64,000 bases of DNA, taken from positions 158,474,001 to 158,538,000 of the forward strand of contig NC_058368.1 in assembly GCF_018350175.1 (NCBI RefSeq), in the 5' to 3' direction. Source of the DNA: Felis catus. Taxonomy: Eukaryota. The notes beneath the pieces are model-generated. The model saw only the letters and a program-made list of their open reading frames with translations. It was not told where the DNA came from and ran no database searches. Positions 1-9,535 of the stretch are shown here, in pieces. How positions within the stretch are numbered: the stretch's first letter is position 1; each line of letters begins with the position of its first letter. A program made the translations under genes and the position numbers.

Positions 1-2047
1 AAGGATTGCATAAAATAACGCCAATAAAGCACAAAACGCAGTACCTGCTGAGTAACTGTTAATGTTAGCAATATTAGTATTATCAAATGTAAATTGTTTC
101 AAAGATCATTTGTTGAATAAGAAGAAGTGAGAACACAGAAATGCATTGCAAATAATGCAAAGGTGGAAAACAGCAGAATGTAAATTTATGTATTATTATG
201 TTTGCAACTACATAGAAAAAGTAGTAGCTAAAAAGTGGGGGGAGGGGGAAGGAAATATTCCAAAGTGCTATTAGTGAATGTGTAGGGTCCTGAAACTATG
301 AGTCTTGTTCCTCTCCTCTCTAACTTACAACTGTCTCATAATTTTCTTATATTAATTTTATAATAAAATTAATTCAATACAGAAGCAATTTAAAACTCTC
401 ATAATATTTTTACTTGCAAAAAATATTTTTACTTACTGCCTTCCCTCAGTAATATTTATCTTGTTCTTGTCTGCTTTATCAAATACATATTTAAGAGTTA
501 AAAGAAGTAATCAATGATCATATTTAGTTTGAAGACAGAATTTGACCAAAGAATGGATATTTGTTTTAATTGTTTTTTTACACTTACTAAATATAATTTA
601 ACACTTGGATCTCATCTGAGTTGACTGGGATTAAAATGACAACTTTAATTTCCTTACCGAAAAACTATTTTTTTCTTTTAGTCCCACACGATAAAAAGAA
701 GACCCAAATTGTTTCCTTGGGAATTTGGTTTTATTTCACAAATGTACCACTTAACTAAAACTGTATATTAATAAGTATATAACTGTATACTAACAAAATA
801 TAGATTTCTCCTGTTGGGTTAAAGTATACACTTATATGTGTGTTTAGTTTTTAAGTTGAACATTCAGATAACATTTTGTGCAATGATTGGTGGTGAGGAG
901 CTGGATTTTTATTAAACAATAATTATATAAGAAGAAAAGAAGCCCTCTTAATGAATATTAAGGTTAATTTTTTAAGAAGTAGGTATGTATAAAAGTAAAT
1001 AATGGTGTTTGTTTTAGTAAGAAACAAATTACGCTGTGCCAAACAGGAACAACAGGATTAATATGAAGTAATTTTTGTGTTCAGTATTCTTTATTAAATT
1101 GTGACCCTGGAATATTAGACCTAGTTTCCCTGTTGCTGATCCTCTAAGGTATCAGCTGCACCATACATTATGATATTACACACATAGGAAGAAATACTGA
1201 CATTTGATAGATGTGTGTTTTTAAAAATATAGCAAACCATAGGATCATAGTTCATATGGTCCAGCCCTCTGTCTTCGGCAAAAATTTTGAAAATTTTTCC
1301 ATAAGTCTGTTTTAAAGCAGGAAATCATTGAGATTAAGAAGAGTCAAGTCACAACAAAAGTTGGTTCTTTTTCATTTCCCTTCTTTCTAGTTTCAATTCC
1401 CTCTTTTTAGATAAGAATTAAAAAATTTAAAAACCCCAAAGAGGTAAGGCATTATGTTAATGAAAAATTCAACAGAGACATTCTTCGTTCTGGAATCTGT
1501 TTCCATATCAAGCTATTATGCTTAATCTGGGAGTCTGATGCTGACATGAATAGTTTACAGACCATGTGCAGACACAATCCTCTCAGAAACACATGCGAGA
1601 ATCACTTTGCAAAAATGACGATACGTTGGTTTATTTCCTCTATGGCAGAGACCCTAATGTTTTGATATTCACAATAGCAGTTTTGTTGTTTGTTCTTCTC
1701 ATTAAAGAAAAATGCAGAGAAGGCATATAACTGGCTGGAAATCCCTTGTTCCTTGTCATCACCATCCCAAGAGGATGTGAGCAAAATATTCCTCTTAAAT
1801 GTGATTTTATCTTTTTTCGATTGATATTCCCTCCTCAGATGGGAAATTAAATCATATTTTTAAAGGAGAAACACTGTTTAAATATGGTAGGTGGGGCCCA
1901 GAAAGAGAGAAGGAAAGTACAAAGATAAATAGTTCTGTGTTTGGGGAAGATTCATGCAGACAGTTTAGAGTTGACCCCGTTTGGTGGGTAGGAGCTGTGT
2001 GATTACTAAATTTAGCCTCTCTGTAAATCATCCTGTGCTTTCTGCAG

Positions 2048-2232
2048 CATTACCTTCTTTGATATTTTAAGCCGGTGATTGACATGCAAAGCTGGAGCAA
2101 GGAGGGCTCAGTCTGGGACAGGTTGCTTGCCTTGACCATCTTAAAACTGGCCTCTTACCTGAACCATGCTCCCTGCATCCAGAAAGCAACTGAACTCTTC
2201 TCTCGGTGGATGGAATTCAGTGGAAAATTAAA
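2048..2232 (+). pseudogene. ERAP2: ERAP2 exon remnant (~human exon 15), 185 nt, in-frame TGA at 2060-2062
   Basis: ttctgcag acceptor; [60 protein letters not shown]; gtaaat donor at 2233. Confidence 0.93.
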
Positions 2233-3607
2233 GTAAATCTAGACATCTGTCCTGTTCTTTGTTCCTTTCACTTTGATGTAAAAGTCTTTGATCAAGCAAG
2301 ACATTAGATCTAAAACCTTTCAGTGAGGACAAGAGGGAGAAAGCCATGCTGGGAATTACATATCTGTGTCTCCTGCTCCCATATAGTAAGTGCTCAATAG
2401 ATTTTGTGAGAAGTGAGGTTTAGGTCCTTTGAGAGGGAGAACTAAAATGCAGTGGCATAGTAACAGAAAGATAGCCAGAGGGTAGAAGCAGGGGGGTGCC
2501 CAAGCTTCAAAAGTAATGTCTTTTAAAGATAAAAAGCAATGTGAAATGTACATGCAGTCAAAACACCAGTGATCATTTGTTAAAACTTTTTTTTTTTTTA
2601 AAAAAGGGAGGATACCTTTTAAAAAATACAAATTTACTTCTTCATTAATCAATACCACAGACCGAATTTTGACCTCAGATCTCATCTTTGATGGGAAACT
2701 GATGATTTGGGCCATGAAAAGTGTGTATGTATACAATGGCAAAATGGATTGCGGTGGTTATTATAATCAGAAAGGTGCTCAGTGATCATATGGATTATGT
2801 TGCCATTCAGTTTAGCAGTTTGCAACCCACAGATACTAACAGATGCCACAATCTTTTCAATGTAAGCTTTGATTTCTTTTCAATACAAGATTTTGTATAG
2901 TTATTGTTAAAACTCTCACTCTAGAGTTGGATGTTTTGAGAAATCAAATTTGTATGTGAATTAAGGAACATTCATTCCTTAAAACTGAAGAAAAATTTCA
3001 TTATTTTAGCAGAGTGTAATGTGATGGTGTCCATTTTTCCTGTGCCACATTGCTGGTAGGCTATCATAATTTCTTTCCATATAACTAAATCTCAGTGAGC
3101 TTTTTGAAATCCTATCTTGAATTCTTCTTTTTGAAAACATTAATTCCAGTCTTCTTTTAATACTTTTCCGGTCATTGTGATTAAACTCAAAAATCAGTTT
3201 AAGGAAAAAGGATCTTTTAGCTCTAGTTTTCTCTTCTTTTTGTTAATGTTTGAATGGGTTGTATGAGTGAGGCTAAAATGTAAACATCCTGCTGTCCTAT
3301 AACATAAAGAGATATTATTCCATCTCTATACTTGTTAGAAGAGGGATGATCTTACCTGCAGCAACCCACCTATGGGTTAGATATGGTAGCTCAACATGTT
3401 TACTCCGATGCAATACTTAGGAAAATATTGTGGGTAAACCTTATTTATGCTTGTAATCAATAATACATAATTAAATATTATAGGTTTTGTTTTCCTAAAC
3501 ATCAAGACTGTTGGTATTCAGCCATAATGAAGAATTTTCTTATATAGATTAATTACTTCATTCATGTATTGAAAAATACTTCAATCATGTATTGAAAAAT
3601 TCTTTGT

Positions 3608-3832
3608 GGGGTGCCTGGGTGGCTCAGTCGGTTAAGCGGCCGACTTCAGCTCAGATCATGATCTTGCGGTCCGTGAGTTCGAGCCCCGCGTCAGGCTCTG
3701 TGCTGACAGCTCAGAGCCTGGAGCCTGTTTCAGATTCTGTGTCTCCCTCTCCCTGACCCTCCCCGTTCATGCTTTGTCTCTCTCTGTCTCAAAAATAAAT
3801 AAACGTTAAAAAAAAATTAAAAAAAAAAAAAA
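3608..3832 (+). mobile_element. Can-SINE (feline type)
   Basis: ggggtgcctgggtggctcagtcggttaag head, (CT)n, A tail; TSD gaaaaattctttg. Confidence 0.95.
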
Positions 3833-4054
3833 GAAAAATTCTTTGCATGTTGCCTGTGAACCCGCAGTGCTTGTAGGTACCAAGGATAAAGAAGTAAACA
3901 AAACAATGATGTGTCTTACCTTCAAGGAACTTACAATGTATTTGTTATCAATTTTCATCCATTTGTACAGTAAATATACCAAAATCAAAACAATGTAGAT
4001 TATAATTTAATTGCCTAATCTTTGTTTTGTGATTCAACTGGTACTTGGGATATT

Positions 4055-4272
4055 TAAGCATATATAGTGGAAACAACACAAGATCAGGATCATGGGTTTA
4101 AATCTCATCTTCAAAATGGCTAGTTGCTTGCACCAGTTGCTTAACCTTTCCAAGCTTTATTTCCCCTTTTTAAAAATCAGGATAATAACAATCTCACTAG
4201 GTAGCTTTGACAGTTAAATATGATGTACAGAGACTAGTACAATCTCTACCATATGGTCACTGTATGATAAAT
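4055..4272 (+). mobile_element. MIR remnant
   Basis: MIR-like core ggtttaaatctc...cttaacctttccaagctttatttcccc...aaaatcaggataataacaatctc. Confidence 0.6.
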
Positions 4273-5002
4273 GCAAATTTCCTGCCCCATCCCTACTTCT
4301 CTGTTGTGTTTTTTTGAGCTATCAAAATGAGTATCAGTTGTTGTTTATCTAATGATATTTGGAATTAAAAACCATAAACAAAATTAGGATCAAAACTACT
4401 TTAATATTCTATAGGGCAATAAAACCTCAAAATTGTGGTTTCTTCTTTATGTGGACAGAAAAAAATTATTATATCTTATTAGTTTTACAAATTATAAAAT
4501 GACTGAACCTAATCAATTTTGCTAAATTACAATTTTCTAGACCTAGAGAATCAGATGACTTTCAGATAGTCTTGTTAGAAAATAGTCTTAATGTGGGAAT
4601 TAAAGTGGCAAGTAATCACGTTTTTTTAAAAAAGATCACATAGCACTAATACAGATTACTCAATTCTAGAATTCTGTATAAACCACTGCTTTTATATGTC
4701 AGAAATCATCTCTTGTATATATGGATTCCATAAAGTTTCTATTTTCATCTCTGAGCAAGTTAAAATTTTATGATTATTCTCCTTGCTAATATTTTATCAT
4801 CAGTAGAAAAAAACACAAATAATTTGGAAAGTAAAGTTACATAAAATAATTTTATAAAAGTCTGACAGAAAAAAAGGTTTAACACATTAGGTACTGAAAA
4901 TAACTCAGGATGATTCTGTTATAGCAATTTAAAATTATAATAAGAAAACAAGAGTTTTTGTTTCATAGGACTTTTTTTCCACTTCTGTTCTTCTTATTAC
5001 AG

Positions 5003-5166
5003 CATTCTAACAGATGTTTTAAAGATCATATATTCCGTGGGTGCTCAAATGGCAGTAGGATGGAATTACCTTTTAGAGCAAAATATGGATTGTCACTTTC
5101 AGGTGCTGAAAAAAACAAAATTCTGTGTGCATTGTCAACCAGCAAACATCAGGAAAAGTTAATGAA
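5003..5166 (+). pseudogene. ERAP2: ERAP2 exon remnant (~exon 16), +2 frameshift and GT>AT donor
   Basis: ttacag acceptor; [26 protein letters not shown], then frame change at CAAAA (5079-5083) to [27 protein letters not shown]; followed by ataagt instead of gtaagt. Confidence 0.92.
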
Positions 5167-5474
5167 ATAAGTGCACTAATTTAAATTGTTAAAAATAAAC
5201 TGATATAAATTCAATGAAGTCACTAAAATATTGGCCACTAATTCCAAAGGCATAAAACAATTGAATCATGATTTGATTTGGTTTCACTTCACCTCCCCAA
5301 AATATATTCTGACAAAATGCAAATAGTGAAAACAGATATTCCCTAGTTATTAATCAAGTGACTGATACTAGACAAATGCCCATGTTTTACTTTTAAAACC
5401 TTGGAGAAAAATTACCACAAAATTACATTCTTGTATATAAGATGTTGTACAAGATGCTAATCAAAGTTCTTTGA

Positions 5475-5700
5475 GGGGTGCCTGGGTGGCTCAGTGAGTT
5501 AAGCATCTGACTTCAGCTCAGGTCATGATCTCATGGTTCATGAGTTGAGCCCAGGGTCCGGGTCTGTGCTCTCAGCTCAGAGCCTCAGAGCCTAGAGCCT
5601 ACTTTGGATTCTGTGTCTTCCTCTCTTTGTTCTCCTTGCCCACTCATGCTCTGTCTCTCTCTCTTTCTCAAAAATAAACATTAAAAATATCTTTTAATTT
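5475..5700 (+). mobile_element. Can-SINE
   Basis: Typical head and tail; TSD aaagtt(c/a)tttga. Confidence 0.93.
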
Positions 5701-5928
5701 AAAGTTATTTGAAATAATAGGTAAATAAAATTACTGCCAGAAAAAAAAATTAAAAGTTCAACTGGAACATTAAAAATGTTAGCCAGTAAAGAATTTACTA
5801 CTGTTTATGGTAAATTATAATTTTATCATGCATTTCTTTCTTCTATTCTCTTAAGATATTGGTAGCCCGAGTTAGCCTCTATTACATAACACATACTATG
5901 AGAAGTCAAATGCTCTTTATTTCTTCAG

Positions 5929-6069
5929 ATTAATTGAACTAAGAATGGATGGAAAGGTCATCAAGACACAGGAGTTGGTGCCTCTTCCTTATGCAATCTC
6001 CAGAAATCCAAAGGGACAGCAATTAGCCTGGAAATTTTTAAGAGAAAATTGGACCCATCTCCTTGAAAA
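5929..6069 (+). pseudogene. ERAP2: ERAP2 exon remnant (~exon 17), 141 nt, open with intact AG/GT
   Basis: ttcttcag acceptor; [46 protein letters not shown]; gttggt donor. Confidence 0.93.
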
Positions 6070-6480
6070 GTTGGTATTCATTTATATCCAATGTGTGTTC
6101 TTCCACCTAGATGTGCCTGAAACCACGTATTTCGGTCACCTGAAACCAAGTATAATGATGTGCATATGAATGTAAATGATCCTATTTCTTCTCAAATAGT
6201 TTGATGAACTCTGTTAGTTTGAAAACTTTATAGTCCAAATTCTGTCGAGGTGTGAGGGAGAGGAATGAGAAGTGAATGGGAAATAGATTTCTTGCACTCA
6301 GCTGGGAGCAAATGTGAGCTAAATTAAGTCCAGTCATCAGCCCCTGTATCACACTCCTCCTAGCTTCCTCACCAGCTCAGAAGAACCCATATATAGTGAA
6401 GTGAAGCCATATATAGTGCATTAAACACGTTTGACTTGGTTTGTTAATATAGTTTGTTCTAGGGAGAAATTTCAGGAATT

Positions 6481-6708
6481 TTTTTTAAATTGGCATCAGC
6501 CTTATATTTTATTTATTTTTGATAGACAGGGAGAGACAGAGCACAAGTGGGGGAGGGGCAGAGAGAGAGGGAGACACAGAACTTGATGAAGGCTCCAGGC
6601 TCCGAGATGTCAGCATAGAGCCTGACGCGGGGCTTGAACTCACAAACTGAGAGATCATGACCTGAGCTGAAGTTGGACGTTCAACCGACTGAGCCACCCA
6701 GGTGCCCC
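6481..6708 (-). mobile_element. Can-SINE
   Basis: Reverse-complement SINE ending ...gagccacccaggtgcccc; TSD aaatttcaggaatt. Confidence 0.93.
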
Positions 6709-8042
6709 TAAATTTCAGGAATTTTGATGAGAGCTAATCCCCTCTCTCAGTTCCCCCTGGGGAAGTGGTACAGTGGAGAACTTAGAGGTGCTGACTGGAA
6801 GTGTTTGGGGATCCCCCCTTCAAAACTCCATTGGCTCTGAGTCTTTTCTGGAGTTTCAACTTTTCAGAGAATCAGAGCTCACTCCAGCATGCGCCTAGGC
6901 CTAAAATATCCCCCAGAATGAACCAATAATGATTCAGTTTCATTGGAAGGTACAGGATGGCTTTGCTTCCTCTCACAAAAACCCCTGCTGAGGCACTCAG
7001 CCATTCCTCATCCAAATACAAAATGTCTCTTACAAACTATATGGAAAATACCCTCAACCCAAGAGCTGTGCAGTTTGCTCTGTTCATCTTAATGTCAGTT
7101 TGTGTCTTTGATTCTAGTCCTCCCCAGTTCCTCTTCCCTCCCATTTGTTAGCCATGAAGGATTCAGAGTCCTCCATAAAGCTTTGTGTAAGCAAAAAGAG
7201 CATTTTCTCCCCTCTCCCAGGCCTTTAAGGGATTGACATTCACATGGAACCAAAGAGAAACTCCATATATATAATTTATATATATAATAAAAAATGTGTG
7301 TGTGTCCTTAAAAACTCTGCAGGAATCATTGGTTGGGGTGTTTGTATGACTGTCAGTTCCCTCTTGAAATGATCAGACTTTTTCTGCAATGCCATAGATT
7401 TCCTTTGTCACTAGAAATGATCCTCCTGCCTGACCATGTGCACAGCCTAGACTTGGACTCATTTCTGGGATGTATCTGTGCTCTGCTTTTCAGCATGAAT
7501 CCCTTTGATGTATGGTACAAATTCTCTATATAAGACACCAGGGTGAAGGATAGAGTCTGTGGCTGCAAATGACAGTTCTACAAAATAACATTGCCCCCCA
7601 AAACACAGTGTATAAATGCAGTGGATTTCCAAAATGGGATGGGGAAGTGTGTAAGACAGTAAGTAGTACATTAGAGTGCAAGAAGAACGTATTACTGTAT
7701 ATACTAGTTCTAACACTATTAAATTTTCTTTTTAACCTACAACCTAATTGATAAATAAAAATATGTATATTGGGAAGTTCTTAGAAAAAATTCTTTACCA
7801 ATGGAGTACATAATAAAAAAATATAGACAATGCTGCTTTCAGCATAAACATCAATTTAAACATAAACATTGCTGACAAAGATAGTCACAGTTCCTAAAAA
7901 AAGCTTTATCTACATTTTTATCTTATGGTCTAATTTGTTACATTTCATAACTTTGGGATTTTACTGGATAAATAGGTTATTCTTATAATAATTAATAGTG
8001 TATATGATAATGTACAAACATCATACAGTGCTACATACCTGT

Positions 8043-8258
8043 TTAAAAAATTTTCTTAATCTTTATTCATTCTTGAGAGAGAGAGAGACAGAGCACGAGC
8101 AGGGGAGAGGCAGAGAGAGGGAGACACAGGATCTGTAGCAGACTCCAGACTCTGTGCTGTCAGTGCAGAACCTGACATGGGGCTCAAACTCACAAACTGT
8201 GGGACCATGACCTGAGCTGAAGTTGGACGCCCAACCGACTGAGTCACCCAGGTGCCCC
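8043..8258 (-). mobile_element. Can-SINE
   Basis: Reverse SINE; partial TSD tgctacata. Confidence 0.93.
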
Positions 8259-8347
8259 ATGAATGCTACATATTTTAAAAACAAATGACATAATAAACAT
8301 AAGGCTGGTATTTCTATTAAATTTGTGGGTTTCCTTTTTGTCTTCAA

Positions 8348-8422
8348 ATTTGACTAGGCTCATTTGCCATGAGAGTGATCATCTCTGGAACATTTCACTC
8401 CTCTTCCAAGGAGTTACAAGAG
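8348..8422 (+). pseudogene. ERAP2: ERAP2 exon remnant (~exon 18), acceptor AG>AA, 1-nt deletion creating TAG
   Basis: pyrimidine tract ending tcttcaa; TTT GAC TAG; after a frame shift reads GSFAMRVIISGTFHSSSKELQE (human [27 protein letters not shown]); gtttgt donor. Confidence 0.85.
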
Positions 8423-8465
8423 GTTTGTGATTCCCTATTGCTAACAATTTAAAAATAAGTGTTCA

Positions 8466-8682
8466 GGGGCTCCTGGGTGGCTCAGTCAGTTAAGTGTTGG
8501 ACTCTTGATTTCAGCTCAGGTCACATCTCACAGTTTGTGGATATAGTTTGTGGACTTGGTTTGTGGGTTCAAGCCCCACATTGGGCTCTGTGCTGACAGC
8601 ACAGAGTTTGCTTGGGGTTCTCTCTCTTCTTTTCTCTCTCCCCTTCCACAACTCACATGCATGCTCTTTTTCTCTCTCAAAA

Positions 8683-8729
<47 letters not shown>

Positions 8730-8730
8730 A
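8466..8730 (+). mobile_element. Can-SINE with (AAAT)n tail
   Basis: ggggctcctgggtggctcag head; tail expanded to a tetranucleotide microsatellite ~8680-8730. Confidence 0.93.
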
Positions 8731-9391
8731 TTATAAAACTGAGTACAAACTTAGATATAATTTGGTTTAAAGTCTCATTTTATTAAAAGAAAATAAGTAG
8801 TTTGTCCAATGTCATGTAGCAAGTAATTGGAGGGGACAGGTCTAGAACTTCTTAAAATACAGGTGTTTATAGCATTCAAAATAAAAATTACCCATGAGAC
8901 ATGAGTCCTTTCATATTATTTCTTGCATATTACACCATCACTGAAGGGACTATGTTGAAGTTTGGAAGAATACTTAAAGGTATTGTAACAAAACTACTGT
9001 TGGTGGCAATTCCACTTCTTTTTAAAAGCATTCTAATGTTTTACATATTTCCAAAATAAATATTGAATTGTTTATTCTTTAAAGAAACTAAGAATTACAG
9101 AATTTAAGTCCTGGCTCATGACTTACTCTATGACTTGGTTTGATCACTTAAAGTTTTTATCCAGTGTGCTCACTTGTAAGATGAGGATTTATCATTCCTG
9201 TCTTACATTATCTATTTGAAGATAAAGTGAAATAATAATTATACACAAAAAGAGAGGAATAAAACAACCATTTAGAGGTTGGCAGAGAAATCATTCCAGT
9301 GTTTGTATAATTTGCAAGCTGTTTCGAACCCCTTTGCAAGAGCAAGTTTTAATGAACTATGCCAGTAATTTTTTTCTTGCTTATTTTTCAG

Positions 9392-9535
9392 GTGAAACTG
9401 TTCTTTGAATCTCTTAAGGCCCAAGGACCATATCTAGGTACTTTGCAAATTATTCTGGAAGCCATATCCAAAAATATCAAGTGGCTGAAGAAGAATCTTC
9501 CCACTCTGAGGACTTGGGTACTGGTTAGTATTTAA
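9392..9535 (+). pseudogene. ERAP2: ERAP2 terminal coding exon remnant (~exon 19), open to TAA
   Basis: tttttcag acceptor; [47 protein letters not shown]. Confidence 0.93.

Larger units (their letters stand above)
2048..9535 (+). pseudogene. ERAP2: ERAP2 (endoplasmic reticulum aminopeptidase 2) 3' portion, disabled; five exon remnants
   Basis: Five segments in correct order translate to the ERAP2 C-terminal domain ([53 protein letters not shown]...[15 protein letters not shown]). Lies directly upstream of LNPEP on the same strand. Contains a stop, frameshifts and dead splice sites. Confidence 0.92.

Noticed and set aside
3554..3599. 23-bp tandem duplication (similar short repeats at 6387, 25976, 56218)
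   Set aside because: Ordinary slippage duplications; two units only, no spacers, so not CRISPR-like or evidently functional.
2048..9535. ERAP2 lesions as sequencing errors
   Set aside because: Five or more lesions of different types (substitutions at a stop and at splice sites, indels), while ~1 kb of LNPEP CDS has none; raw reads should still be checked.
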